Shown here: in pieces, positions 28,112 through 38,160 of the stretch
Layout of the letters: each line of letters opens with the position of its first letter
Position numbering within the stretch: the first letter of the stretch is position 1
From: an uncultured Prevotellaceae bacterium
Lineage (GTDB): Bacteria > Bacteroidota > Bacteroidia > Bacteroidales > Bacteroidaceae
Direction: 5' to 3'
DNA length: 64,000 nucleotides
Assembly (NCBI GenBank): GCA_946184965.1
Contig: CAMHHO010000001.1
Coordinates: 797 to 64,796, forward strand
Translations under genes and position numbers: made by a program
Notes under the pieces: generated by a model
Seen by the model: only the letters and a program-made list of their open reading frames with translations
Told to the model about the DNA's origin: nothing
The model's database searches: none

Positions 28112-29995
28112 ATGGAGAAACAAGACTTTGGGCTGCTCAGGCGCATCGACTCGCCGTCGGACTTGCGCAGCCTGACGATTGACGACCTGCCGCGGGTGTG
28201 CGAAGAGCTGCGGCAGGACATCGTTGAAGAGCTGTCAGTGAACCCCGGACACCTGGCCTCGAGCCTCGGCGTGGTGGAACTGACAGTGGCGCTGCACTAC
28301 GTCTTCGACACACCTAACGACCGCATCGTCTGGGACGTGGGCCACCAGGCCTACGGCCACAAGATATTGACTGGCCGCCGCGAGCAGTTCTCGACGAACC
28401 GCAAGCTGGGCGGCATACGTCCCTTCCCCTCGCCCCAGGAGAGCGAGTACGACTCGTTCGCCTGCGGCCACGCCTCGAACAGCATCTCGGCCGCCCTCGG
28501 CATGGCGGTGGCTTCGAAAATTGAGAATGAAGAGTTGCCTCGCAAGGTCGTTGCCGTCATCGGCGACGGTGCCATGTCGGGCGGACTGGCCTTCGAGGGT
28601 CTGAACAACGTGTCGTCGTCGCCCAACGACCTGCTCATCATACTGAACGACAACAACATGTCGATAGACCGCTCCGTGGGCGGCATGAAGCAGTACCTGC
28701 TGAGCCTGAACACCAACAAGACCTACAACCACCTGCGCTTCAAGGCCGGGCAGTGGCTCCACGGGCGAGGCATGATGAACGACGACCGGCGGAAAGGGCT
28801 CATCCGCCTGTCGAACGCCATCAAGAGCGCCATCTCGCACCAGCAGAACATCTTCGAGGGCATGAACATACGCTACTTCGGACCTACCGACGGCCACGAC
28901 GTCAAGGAACTGGTGCGCATACTCCGCGAAATCAAGGACATGAAGGGGCCGAAGCTGCTGCACATCCACACGAAGAAAGGCCACGGCTATGCTCCGGCCG
29001 AGAAGGACGTCACCACCTGGCACGCACCGGGGAAGTTCAATCCCGACACCGGCGAGCGACTGGTGGACAACAACCCCGACAAGCCGCAGAAGTACCAGGA
29101 CGTCTTCGGACATACGCTCCTGGAACTGGCCCGGCAGAACCCGCGCATCGTCGGCGTGACGCCCGCCATGCCCTCGGGCTGCTCGATGAACATCATGATG
29201 AAGGAGATGCCCGAGCGCACCTTCGACGTGGGCATCGCCGAAGGGCACGCCGTCACCTTCTCAGGCGGCATGGCCAAGGACGGCCTCATTCCCTTCTGTA
29301 ACATCTACTCGGCCTTCGCACAGAGGGCCTACGACAACATCATACACGACGTGGCGCTGCTCGGGCTGCACGTCGTGCTCTGCTTCGACCGCGCCGGACT
29401 GGTCGGCGAGGACGGGCCTACCCACCACGGCGCCTTCGACCTGGCTGCACTGCGGCCAGTGCCTAACCTGACCATCTGCTCGCCGATGGACGAGCACGAG
29501 CTGCGCCGGCTGATGTACACCGCCCAGCTGCCCGACAAGGGACCGTTCGTCATTCGCTACCCCCGTGGCGGCGGCGTGCTGAAGGATTGGCGCTGCCCCC
29601 TGGAGGAGGTCAAGGTGGGCACGGGCCGCCGCCTGCACGACGGCAGCGACGTGGCCGTGCTCTCGATAGGCCCCATCGGCAACGAAGCCCTGAAAGCAGC
29701 CCGCGAGACGGGCGCCGCCATGTACGACATGCGCTTCCTGAAGCCCCTCGACGAGGATATCCTCCACGAGGTGGGCCGCAGGTTCAGCCGCGTCGTCACC
29801 GTCGAGAACGGCGTCAGGGACGGCGGTCTCGGCTCTGCCGTCACGGAGTGGCTCTCCGACCACGGCTACGCCACGCGCGTCACCCGCCTCGGACTGCCCA
29901 CCGACCACTTTGTGGAGCACGGCACCGTCGGCGAACTGCACCACCTCTGCGGCACCGATGCCGAGGGAATCAAATTGAAAATCGAAAATCCGTAA
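28112..29995 (+). CDS. dxs: 1-deoxy-D-xylulose-5-phosphate synthase
   Basis: [24 protein letters not shown] motif, [25 protein letters not shown]. Confidence 0.97.
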   Translation: MEKQDFGLLRRIDSPSDLRSLTIDDLPRVCEELRQDIVEELSVNPGHLASSLGVVELTVALHYVFDTPNDRIVWDVGHQAYGHKILTGRREQFSTNRKLGGIRPFPSPQESEYDSFACGHASNSISAALGMAVASKIENEELPRKVVAVIGDGAMSGGLAFEGLNNVSSSPNDLLIILNDNNMSIDRSVGGMKQYLLSLNTNKTYNHLRFKAGQWLHGRGMMNDDRRKGLIRLSNAIKSAISHQQNIFEGMNIRYFGPTDGHDVKELVRILREIKDMKGPKLLHIHTKKGHGYAPAEKDVTTWHAPGKFNPDTGERLVDNNPDKPQKYQDVFGHTLLELARQNPRIVGVTPAMPSGCSMNIMMKEMPERTFDVGIAEGHAVTFSGGMAKDGLIPFCNIYSAFAQRAYDNIIHDVALLGLHVVLCFDRAGLVGEDGPTHHGAFDLAALRPVPNLTICSPMDEHELRRLMYTAQLPDKGPFVIRYPRGGGVLKDWRCPLEEVKVGTGRRLHDGSDVAVLSIGPIGNEALKAARETGAAMYDMRFLKPLDEDILHEVGRRFSRVVTVENGVRDGGLGSAVTEWLSDHGYATRVTRLGLPTDHFVEHGTVGELHHLCGTDAEGIKLKIENP

Positions 29996-30005
29996 ATCGT
30001 AAATA
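29972..30005. repeat. AAATCGT-periodic element supplying the dxs C-terminus and stop
   Basis: aaattga aaatcga aaatccgt aaatcgt aaata. Confidence 0.75.
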
Positions 30006-30007
30006 GC

Positions 30008-31363
30008 ATGAAGATTGTCATTGTCGGAGCCGGTGCCGTGGGCACCCATTTGTCGAAACTGCTGTCGGGCGAGCACCAGAGCTGCGTGCTCATCGACGAC
30101 AACGAGGAGCGCTTGGAGGGTGTCGCCGAGTACGACGTGATGACCTACAACGCGCTGCCCACCAGTATCGGTGCGCTGAAGGAGGCCGGAGCCGACAAGG
30201 CCGACCTCTTCGTCGGCGTCACCACCGAGGAGACCACCAACATCACGGCCTGCGTCATTGCCCACGGCCTCGGCGCGAAGAAGACGGTGGCACGCATCGA
30301 CAACTACGAGTACCTCTCGGCACAGAACCAGAAGTTCTTCCAGCAGATGGGCATCGACTCGATGGTCTACCCCGAGGTGCTGGCAGCCACCGACATCACC
30401 AACGGTCTGAAGATGTCGTGGGTGCGCCAGCGCTGGGACGTCCACGACGGCGCCCTCGTCCTTCTGGGCATCAAGCTGCGCGAGGGCTGCGAGATTCTGA
30501 ACCAGCCGCTGAAGGACCTCTGCGGCCCCGAAGACCCCTACCACGTCGTGGCCATCAAGCGCGACGGCGAGACCATCATCCCCGGCGGTCTCGACACGCT
30601 GAAGCTCAACGACCTCACCTACTTCATGACTACGAAGGAGTACATACCCTACATCCGCAAGATTGTGGGCAAGGAGCACTATACCGACGTGAAGAACGTC
30701 ATCATCATGGGCGGCGGCAAGACCTCGGTACGCGCCGCGCTGACCATTCCCGACTACATGAACGTCAAAATCATTGAGAAGGACGCCGAGCGCTGCGAGA
30801 AGCTCAACCAGCTGCTGGCCGAGAGCGACGCGATGGTCATCCACGGCGACGGCCGCGACCTGGCCCTGCTCGAGGAGGAGGGCATACGCAGCACGCAGGC
30901 CTTCGTGGCCCTGACCGGCAATGCCGAGACCAACATCCTGGCCTGTCTGACGGCCAAGAAGCTCGGCGTGCGCAAGACGGTGGCTATGGTCGAGAACCTC
31001 GACTACGTCTCGATGGCCGAGAGCCTCGACATCGGCACCATCATCAACAAGAAGACGGTGGCAGCCAGCCACATCTACCAGATGATGCTCGACGCCGACG
31101 TGCGCAACCTGCGCTCGCTGATGCTCGTCGACAGCGAGGTGGCCGAGTTTGTGGCCTCCGAAGGCTCGCGGGTGACGAAGCGATTGGTAAAGGACCTCGG
31201 ACTGCCTATCGGCGTCACCATCGGCGGACTGGTGCGCAACGGCCAGGGTCTGCTCGTCAGCGGTAACTCCCAGATTCAGGCCGGCGACTCCGTCATGGTC
31301 TTCTGCCACGAGCAGAAACTTAAGCAACTCGAGAAGTACTTCAAGAAGACCTCCATCTTCTAA
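30008..31363 (+). CDS. trkA: Trk potassium uptake NAD-binding subunit
   Basis: Two RCK_N/RCK_C repeats, GAGAVG, adjacent trkH. Confidence 0.95.
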   Translation: MKIVIVGAGAVGTHLSKLLSGEHQSCVLIDDNEERLEGVAEYDVMTYNALPTSIGALKEAGADKADLFVGVTTEETTNITACVIAHGLGAKKTVARIDNYEYLSAQNQKFFQQMGIDSMVYPEVLAATDITNGLKMSWVRQRWDVHDGALVLLGIKLREGCEILNQPLKDLCGPEDPYHVVAIKRDGETIIPGGLDTLKLNDLTYFMTTKEYIPYIRKIVGKEHYTDVKNVIIMGGGKTSVRAALTIPDYMNVKIIEKDAERCEKLNQLLAESDAMVIHGDGRDLALLEEEGIRSTQAFVALTGNAETNILACLTAKKLGVRKTVAMVENLDYVSMAESLDIGTIINKKTVAASHIYQMMLDADVRNLRSLMLVDSEVAEFVASEGSRVTKRLVKDLGLPIGVTIGGLVRNGQGLLVSGNSQIQAGDSVMVFCHEQKLKQLEKYFKKTSIF

Positions 31364-31402
31364 CACCTATCACCCTTCACCTTTCACCCTTCACCTTTCA
31401 CC
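31364..31402. repeat. Heptamer tandem repeat (CACCYTT) x5 filling the trkA-trkH spacer
   Basis: cacctat caccctt caccttt caccctt caccttt cacc. Confidence 0.8.
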
Positions 31403-31406
31403 AAAC

Positions 31407-32864
31407 ATGGTCAACTTCCGCATCATAAACAAGATCATCGGCTCGCTGCTCTTCGTCGAAGCCCAGTTCATGGGCTGGTGTCTGGCCGTAGCCTTCAGCC
31501 ATCATGAGGACGACGCGCTGGCCTTCCTGCTGTCGATGCTGCTGACCTTCGGATTCGGATTCCTCTTCCTCTTCCTCGGACGCGGCGCCGTCAACACGCT
31601 GAGCCGCCGCGACGCCTACGTCGTCGTCACCGCCGTCTGGGTCATCTTCTCGGTGTTCGGCATGCTGCCCTTCCTCATCCACGGCAGCATCACCAACCTC
31701 ACCGACGCCTTCTTCGAGACGATGTCGGGCTTTACCACTACCGGCGCCACCATCCTCGACGACGTCGAGCAACTGCCCCACGGCATTCTCTTCTGGCGCT
31801 CGCTCATGCAGTGGATAGGCGGACTGGGAATCGTCTTCTTCACCATCGCCATCCTGCCGTCACTCGTCGGCGGCAGCGTCAAGGTGTTTGCCGCCGAGGC
31901 CACCGGCCCCATCAAGGCCAAGATGCACCCGCGACTGAGCACCTCGGCCAAGTGGATCTGGAGCATCTACCTGCTGCTCACCATCGGCTGCGGCCTGTCG
32001 TTCTGGGCCGTCGGCATGGACTGGTTCGAGGCCCTAAACTACTCGATGACCACCACCGCCACGGGCGGCTTCTCCATCCACAACGACGGTCTGGAGCACT
32101 TCAACCTGGCCTCCATCGACTACATCGCCATCGTGTTCCAGTTTCTCTCGGGCATTAACTTCACCTTATTATATATAAGCATCTTCAAGCTGCGCATCTC
32201 GGCGCTGTTCAAGAACTCTGAGTTCAAACTCTACATCGCCGTCGTCGTCGGAGCCACGCTGTGGATTATGTACCTGCTGCTCACCCGTATGGACTACCCG
32301 CTCGAACAGGCTTTCCGCAACGCCCTGTTCCAGGTGGTATCGTTTATGACCACTACGGGTATGTTCAACGACGAGGTCGGACTCTGGCCCCACATCACGT
32401 GGGTCATCCTGGGTGTCGTCATGTTCCTCGGAGCCTGTGCCGGCAGCACCAGCGGCGGCTTCAAGTGCATTCGCGGCAACATGCTGCTGCAGGTGGTGCG
32501 CAACAACTTCCGCCAGATTCTGCACCCCAACGCCGTGCTGCCCGTGCGCATCAACGGCCAGAGCATTCCGCAGTCGAAGCTCGTGGCGCTGTTCGCCTTC
32601 TTCGTCCTGGCCATCTTCATGATGATCTTCACGGCAACGGCCATGATGGTCGGCGGCGTCGACAACACCAACTCGGTGACCATCGCCCTGAGCTGCGTCA
32701 GCAACGTCGGCCCCTCGCTCGGCACCAAGATCGGTCCCGAACTGTCGTGGTCGATTCTCCCCGACGCCATCAAGTGGCTCCTCTGCCTCCTGATGCTTAT
32801 GGGCCGTCTCGAAATCATGACCGTCCTCGTGCTCTTCACCCGCACATTCTGGAAGGAGAACTAG
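31407..32864 (+). CDS. trkH: Trk potassium uptake membrane subunit
   Basis: FFETMSGFTTTG, QWIGGLG, GSTSGG.K, SNVGP, MGRLE. Confidence 0.95.
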   Translation: MVNFRIINKIIGSLLFVEAQFMGWCLAVAFSHHEDDALAFLLSMLLTFGFGFLFLFLGRGAVNTLSRRDAYVVVTAVWVIFSVFGMLPFLIHGSITNLTDAFFETMSGFTTTGATILDDVEQLPHGILFWRSLMQWIGGLGIVFFTIAILPSLVGGSVKVFAAEATGPIKAKMHPRLSTSAKWIWSIYLLLTIGCGLSFWAVGMDWFEALNYSMTTTATGGFSIHNDGLEHFNLASIDYIAIVFQFLSGINFTLLYISIFKLRISALFKNSEFKLYIAVVVGATLWIMYLLLTRMDYPLEQAFRNALFQVVSFMTTTGMFNDEVGLWPHITWVILGVVMFLGACAGSTSGGFKCIRGNMLLQVVRNNFRQILHPNAVLPVRINGQSIPQSKLVALFAFFVLAIFMMIFTATAMMVGGVDNTNSVTIALSCVSNVGPSLGTKIGPELSWSILPDAIKWLLCLLMLMGRLEIMTVLVLFTRTFWKEN

Positions 32865-32885
32865 GACGAATTACCGATTTTTACA

Positions 32886-33418
32886 ATGAAACAGACAATA
32901 AAACTATGGATGCTCGCCGTCATGCTGACGGCAGGCAACGCAGCCGCAGAGGCACAGACGAAACGCTCGCCAGCATCGGCGCTGCCCTGCGCCTGAACTA
33001 CCCCGAGACGGAGAATGCGCTGGAACTGCATACGCCCATAGGCTCGAAGCTGGTGTTCGAGAAATGGAACGACGGCACGGAGGATTACGTCGCCCTCAAT
33101 ATGGTCTATCAGGCCATCGGTCAGCTGCAGGGGCGCACGCTGCTATCGCCCAGCGCGCCACCGATGGTGCGCCCTGTCACCATAGAAGGACTGACGGCTA
33201 ACAGCGACGGTCTCTACCGCCTTGCCGACGTCGACGCCCGCATGGCCGAGGCGATGGCTGAATACGACGCCATCGAAGACGTGCCGACTGCCGTCAGGGA
33301 CGCATCAGGTGACGCGTCGCCATCGGCAGCCATCTACAACCTGCAAGGCCAGCGCCTTGACACCCTGCAACAGGGCGTGTATATCGTTGACGGCAAGAAA
33401 AAGATTATGAAGAGGTAG
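32886..33418 (+). pseudogene. Histidine acid phosphatase / phytase-like (Agp/AppA family) remnant with large internal deletion and frameshift
   Basis: Signal peptide MKQTIKLWMLAVMLTAGNAAAEAQTKRS stops at 32996; a second frame carries TLASIGAAL...TPIGSKLVFEKW (post-HD region) and IYNLQGQRL..GVYIVDGKK C-terminal domain; no RHG-type motif. Confidence 0.7.
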
Positions 33419-34409
33419 GAGCCAAATATCGCCGCACGTCGTCCTGCAGGCGGCGGAAAGGTTCCGACAATATATAGCCGCTGTTCTTCTTGAGCATGGT
33501 CTTAACATCCTGAAGCGAGTTCTCGTAACACGACAGTTCGTTGCGCTTCTGCGTCTTGTGGGCTGAGGCGTGGTAGATTTCGTTCTGCCGCTCTTGGCGC
33601 AGCAGATTGCAGACCTTCGAGAGGATGGGAGCTACGACAGTGTCGAAGAGATGATGGCCCTGTATATATAAATAGGTGGTCTGCGGCGTGACGCCGAGGG
33701 TTTTTATCTCGTCCTTCAGCGCGAGGTATTCGTCCTTGGCATCTGGGAACAGCCGCTGCAGTTCGCGTATCTTCACCCCCACCTTACGGCGCACATTGGC
33801 CAGCGAGGCGTCGGGATTCTGCACGCTGAAGCCGCCGGGGTCGGCAATGCGGTTGAAGTCGGAAATGGAGAACTTCGGGTAGTTGCCGTTGCGATAGAGC
33901 ATGATTGACCAGACGAATAAAGGGAAAATGGCCTCGCTGTAGCGGGAGAAGTAATCGCGGAAGTCGAAGATGCGGTGGTCGTTGAGCGTCACCGACACAC
34001 AGACGTTGTGCAGCGACGGAGCGTAGCACTGGAAGTTCTCAATGGCATAGACATAGGTATGGAAGACATACGGACTCTGCAGCACCTTCTTCGACTGCGC
34101 CGTGCGACCCTGGATGAGGTAGTCGTAGTCGGCATCGACACAGGCTATCATGTCGCGCCCCAGCGGCTCGCCTTCGAGAAAATTCATCAGCACCGACTTC
34201 TTGCCCCGCGTCAGGTTGGCCTTCGAAGGCAGCATCACCTCGAAGTATTGGTGGTCGTCCTCGAACTCGCTGAGTACCGTGCGCCAGAAGTAAATATCAT
34301 CATAAGCCTCGACGTAGGCCACAATCCTGCGCCGTGCCTGCTTCGACTTCAGGGCGTTGGCGGCCTCGAAGTAGCGGCTGTTGATATTGTCCTTCAGACG
34401 ATTACTCAT
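33405..34409 (-). CDS. DUF4435 TOPRIM-like nuclease (AriB-like)
   Basis: AYVEAYDD, ACVDADYD, YAIEN, IQGH motifs. Confidence 0.8.
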   Translation of the reverse strand: MSNRLKDNINSRYFEAANALKSKQARRRIVAYVEAYDDIYFWRTVLSEFEDDHQYFEVMLPSKANLTRGKKSVLMNFLEGEPLGRDMIACVDADYDYLIQGRTAQSKKVLQSPYVFHTYVYAIENFQCYAPSLHNVCVSVTLNDHRIFDFRDYFSRYSEAIFPLFVWSIMLYRNGNYPKFSISDFNRIADPGGFSVQNPDASLANVRRKVGVKIRELQRLFPDAKDEYLALKDEIKTLGVTPQTTYLYIQGHHLFDTVVAPILSKVCNLLRQERQNEIYHASAHKTQKRNELSCYENSLQDVKTMLKKNSGYILSEPFRRLQDDVRRYLAPTSS

Positions 34410-34411
34410 TT

Positions 34412-34445
34412 CAATCGCAAATTGAAAATCCGTAAACCGAAAATC
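34412..34445. repeat. AAATCGT-periodic element between ATPase and DUF4435 genes
   Basis: caatcgc aaattga aaatccgt aaaccga aaatc. Confidence 0.65.
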
Positions 34446-35250
34446 ACAAGGTGATGTCAGTAACCTCGGTGACGCTGTCTACCCAACCATTCATGACGAC
34501 GGCGGGCGAGTGGGTGGTAAGGATAATCTGCACGTTGGGGTTCAGCTCCAGACAGAGGTCGATGAGCCGTTTCTGCCACTCGATGTGGAGCGACACCTCG
34601 GGCTCGTCCATGAAGAGCACATAGTGCTGGTCGTCCTCGACGAGTACAGTGAGCAGGATGGCCAGCATCTGCTTCTCCCCTGAAGACAGCTGATAAGGGA
34701 CGAGCACCTCGCCAATCTGCGAGAAGCGTATCTCATTCTCGGTGCGCACAATCTTCTTGCCCGTGTCAACGAAGAGCTCGTCGACTATGTCCTGGAAGCG
34801 TTTCTTCTTCAGCGAAAGCCGCTGGGCGGAGTCAGCATCGCCCTGCTGCAGGCATTCGATGATGCGGTTGCCGATGTTAACCTGATAGTCGAGATACTTG
34901 CGCTGCAGATGATAGAGTTGGAAGTCGAGAGCCGACGAGATGCGCGTGTCGACATGAGCCATCGTGTCGAGGTCGAGCACCGGCGAGTCAAGAGAGCGGA
35001 TGACGTCGTAGCGTATCCACTTGGCATCCTCGGGTTCGACGTCGAGCTTCACGCCCTTCAGCATATGACTGGGAAACTCGCCACCAGCTATCAGGCCCTT
35101 CACCACCTTATTTAATATCGTACTCTTGCCCACCCCATTGATACCACTTAGGATGTTCACGCGGGGCGACAGTTCCCACACGATGTGCTTCTTGCCGCTC
35201 CACAGGGAGTCAATCTCTATTCGTTTAATATAGTCCGCGTACTTCTGCAT
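34444..35250 (-). CDS. ABC-type AAA_15/AAA_21 ATPase (AriA-like)
   Basis: SGINGVGKST, LSSGEKQ, FMDEPEVSLH, LTTHSP; no TM segments; start moved to MQKYADY. Confidence 0.85.
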   Translation of the reverse strand: MQKYADYIKRIEIDSLWSGKKHIVWELSPRVNILSGINGVGKSTILNKVVKGLIAGGEFPSHMLKGVKLDVEPEDAKWIRYDVIRSLDSPVLDLDTMAHVDTRISSALDFQLYHLQRKYLDYQVNIGNRIIECLQQGDADSAQRLSLKKKRFQDIVDELFVDTGKKIVRTENEIRFSQIGEVLVPYQLSSGEKQMLAILLTVLVEDDQHYVLFMDEPEVSLHIEWQKRLIDLCLELNPNVQIILTTHSPAVVMNGWVDSVTEVTDITL

Positions 35251-35276
35251 AGTTCTAAGTTTTCGGCAAAGATAGC

Positions 35277-35316
35277 AAAAATTCCCGAATACTGTACGGT
35301 ATTCGGGAATTTTTTT
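35277..35316. terminator. Intrinsic terminator downstream of FKBP gene, overlapping the ATPase promoter region
   Basis: aaaaattcccgaatac tgtacg gtattcgggaattttttt. Confidence 0.7.
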
Positions 35317-35338
35317 ATTAAAATACTCAAAAAGGGTA

Positions 35339-35959
35339 TTACATAAGGCGGCTACTCCATGGTTCCAACGCCTCGCGGCCAGTGACATAGTCGAGCAAAA
35401 CCACATCGAAAATCATCACGCTATAGGCCGGCACCAGAGCATAGTCGGATGTGCCATAGCCCAACTGATACGGGATGTAGACACACCAACGGTCGCCAAT
35501 GTGCATGTGCTGCAGTGCGGTGGCAAACCCGTCACAGAAGTTGCTGAGCTGATTGTCGACAACACCCGTAGTCTTCAGCGAGAAATTACCTTCGTATGTC
35601 TCGTCAAATACAAAACCTTGAGGGTAGCTGGCGCTGGGAATGAGGCGTCCACGATAGCTGACGCGCACAGAGTCGGTATAGAGCGGACTCGTGGTGCCGC
35701 TTCCCTGCGCCAACACCTTAATATATATATAGTCGGTGTTGGCTGTCAAGGTCTTTTCGTCCTTGGTGAAGGTCTTGATCTTCTTCCAAGCCGAGCCACC
35801 ACGGCTCAGCGAGTCTTCGAGCGTGGCGAAATAGGCTTCGTTACGTACCTGCCAGTTGCCGAACTCTTCAGTGCCTTCGTCATCAGACTCTGAGCACGAA
35901 GCCGCTGCGCCTACAAACAGCAGCAACATCAGGAACCAAGATAGCTGTCTGGTATTCAT
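35339..35959 (-). CDS. FKBP-type peptidyl-prolyl isomerase lipoprotein
   Basis: Lipobox AASC; DSVRVSYRGRL, GFATALQHMHIGD, YIPYQLGYG, PAYSVMIFDV. Confidence 0.92.
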   Translation of the reverse strand: MNTRQLSWFLMLLLFVGAAASCSESDDEGTEEFGNWQVRNEAYFATLEDSLSRGGSAWKKIKTFTKDEKTLTANTDYIYIKVLAQGSGTTSPLYTDSVRVSYRGRLIPSASYPQGFVFDETYEGNFSLKTTGVVDNQLSNFCDGFATALQHMHIGDRWCVYIPYQLGYGTSDYALVPAYSVMIFDVVLLDYVTGREALEPWSSRLM

Positions 35960-35962
35960 TCT

Positions 35963-37501
35963 CTACAGTTTTTTCAATAGCGATGCGATGCTCACCTTGT
36001 CTTCAATGATGGCGTTCAGCTCACTGATGGGCACACGCTCCTGCTCCATGGTGTCGCGGAAACGCAGGGTAACGCAACCGTCGTTGAGCGTGTCGTGGTC
36101 GACGGTGACGCAATACGGAGTACCGATAGCATCCTGACGACGGTAGCGCTTGCCGATGGAGTCCTTCTCGTCGTACTGGCAGGCAAAGTGATACTTCAGC
36201 TGGTCGATAATCTCGCGGGCCTTCTCGGGCAGTCCATCCTTCTTGACAAGCGGCATGACGGCACACTTGACGGGAGCCAACGCAGCAGGCAGACGGAGCA
36301 CGGTGCGCGTCTCGCCATTCTCTAACTTCTCCTCGGTGAAGGCGTGGCACATGATGCTGAGGAACATACGGTCGACACCGATAGAGGTCTCGATGACATA
36401 CGGCGTGTACGACTCGTTGGTCTGCGGGTCGAAGTATTTGATGCTCTTGCCTGAGAACTTCTCGTGCTGCGACAGGTCGAAGTTGGTGCGCGAGTGGATA
36501 CCCTCTACCTCCTTGAAGCCGAACGGCATCTTGAACTCGATGTCGGTGGCGGCATTGGCATAGTGGGCCAGCTTGTCGTGGTCGTGGAAGCGGTAGTTCT
36601 CAGCGCCGAAGCCCAAGGCCAGGTGCCACTTCATGCGCGTCTCCTTCCACTTGGGGAACCACTCTAACTCCGTGCCGGGCTGCACGAAGAACTGCATCTC
36701 CATCTGCTCGAACTCGCGCATGCGGAAGATGAACTGGCGAGCGACAATCTCGTTGCGGAAGGCCTTACCAATCTGGGCGATGCCAAAGGGAATCTTCATG
36801 CGGCCCGTCTTCTGCACGTTGAGGTAGTTGACGAAGATACCCTGAGCGGTCTCGGGACGGAGGTAGATTTTCATGGAGCCGTCGGCGGTGGAGCCCATCT
36901 CCGTGGAGAACATGAGGTTGAACTGCCGCACGTCGGTCCAGTTCTTCGTGCCGCTGATGGGGTCGACGATCTCCTCGTCCAGGATAATCTGCTTCAGCTC
37001 CTCCAGGTCAGGACCCTGCATGGCGGCGGCGTAGCGCTCGTGCAGCGCATCGCGCTTCTGCTTGGTCTCGGCCACACGCGGCGAGGTCTCCAGATACTTG
37101 GCCTCGTCGAACTGGTCGCCGAAGCGCTTGCGGGCCTTCTCGACCTCCTTCTGAATCTTCTCGTCGTACTTGGCTATCTGGTCCTCGATGAGCACGTCGG
37201 CACGATAGCGCTTCTTCGAGTCGCGGTTGTCTATAAGGGGATCGTTGAAGGCGTCGACGTGTCCCGAAGCCTTCCATATCGTGGGGTGCATAAAGATGGC
37301 CGAGTCGATACCCACGATGTTCTCGTGAAGCATCGTCATGGCCTTCCACCAGTATTGCTTGATATTATTCTTCAACTCCACACCGTTCTGACCATAGTCG
37401 TAGACGGCGCCTAAACCATCGTAAATTTCACTCGACGGGAACACAAAGCCGTATTCCTTGCAGTGGCTTACGATCTTCTTAAATACATCTTCTTGTGCCA
37501 T
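35963..37501 (-). CDS. glyQS: Glycine--tRNA ligase (alpha2 type)
   Basis: YLRPETAQGIF, FRNEI..FRMREFEQME, SIGKRYRRQDAIGTP. Confidence 0.97.
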   Translation of the reverse strand: MAQEDVFKKIVSHCKEYGFVFPSSEIYDGLGAVYDYGQNGVELKNNIKQYWWKAMTMLHENIVGIDSAIFMHPTIWKASGHVDAFNDPLIDNRDSKKRYRADVLIEDQIAKYDEKIQKEVEKARKRFGDQFDEAKYLETSPRVAETKQKRDALHERYAAAMQGPDLEELKQIILDEEIVDPISGTKNWTDVRQFNLMFSTEMGSTADGSMKIYLRPETAQGIFVNYLNVQKTGRMKIPFGIAQIGKAFRNEIVARQFIFRMREFEQMEMQFFVQPGTELEWFPKWKETRMKWHLALGFGAENYRFHDHDKLAHYANAATDIEFKMPFGFKEVEGIHSRTNFDLSQHEKFSGKSIKYFDPQTNESYTPYVIETSIGVDRMFLSIMCHAFTEEKLENGETRTVLRLPAALAPVKCAVMPLVKKDGLPEKAREIIDQLKYHFACQYDEKDSIGKRYRRQDAIGTPYCVTVDHDTLNDGCVTLRFRDTMEQERVPISELNAIIEDKVSIASLLKKL

Positions 37502-37578
37502 AATACTTATTTATTATCGAAATTTGCGTGCAAAGGTACATATTTTAATTGAAAATGCAAAAAAGTTTAGGCGTTTTT

Positions 37579-37603
37579 AAACCTTTCGCTTTCTGGTGCG
37601 TCA
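37579..37603 (+). promoter_or_regulatory. Putative ECF sigma factor promoter
   Basis: AAACC ... CGTCA with AAC-N16-CGT spacing, upstream of 37659 ORF. Confidence 0.5.
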
Positions 37604-37658
37604 AAAGAACAGAAACAGGATAACAAACATATCAGGATAACAATAAAAAAACAAAATT

Positions 37659-38018
37659 ATGAAAAAGATTATTTTAACAGTAGTAGCCGCCATGGTAATG
37701 ACCATTGGTTACGCAAAGACACAGAAGACAACCGCAGTGAAGAACGTTGACAACTACAGCATCACATTCGACCTACGCCGGCTGGCCGTTACACTGGACC
37801 TGACCGACTACCAGATGGAAGCAGTAAAAGTGATCAGCGACAACTTGAACGAAGATTTAGTATCGGCTGCTACAGCAAGGAGATTCGAGCGTCCCGCACT
37901 CATCCACAAAGCCATTCAGAAGGACGCACACAACATGCGCAACGTACTGAACGACAAACAGTACGACACCTACATGAAACTCCTGGGTGCCACGCTCCAG
38001 AACAAAGTTAGAAAGTAA
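37659..38018 (+). CDS. Small secreted helical hypothetical protein
   Basis: Signal peptide, A-rich leader, downstream hairpin; L.LT..Q and L.DKQY motifs. Confidence 0.8.
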   Translation: MKKIILTVVAAMVMTIGYAKTQKTTAVKNVDNYSITFDLRRLAVTLDLTDYQMEAVKVISDNLNEDLVSAATARRFERPALIHKAIQKDAHNMRNVLNDKQYDTYMKLLGATLQNKVRK

Positions 38019-38026
38019 AAAAGTAG

Positions 38027-38067
38027 TTTAACGGCCGTCGCGAAGCAATTCGAGGCGGTCGTTAAAC
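38027..38067 (+). terminator. Hairpin after small secreted protein gene
   Basis: tttaacggccgtc..gcggtcgttaaa inverted repeat. Confidence 0.55.
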
Positions 38068-38160
38068 GTTAAAAATATATAAGCAGAGGCAACTTTTCTC
38101 TTATTACCCATCACTTCTCACTTCTTTTTTGTACCTTTGCATCCGCAAAAGAAAAAGCAT

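Noticed and set aside
29261-31366. 701-aa minus-strand ORF opposite dxs/trkA
   Set aside because: Antisense frame of GC3-rich conserved genes; no recognisable domain
32261-33418. 385-aa ORF overlapping trkH
   Set aside because: The first ~230 codons are an alternative frame of trkH and the spacer; only the last ~150 codons are real, and they belong to the phosphatase pseudogene
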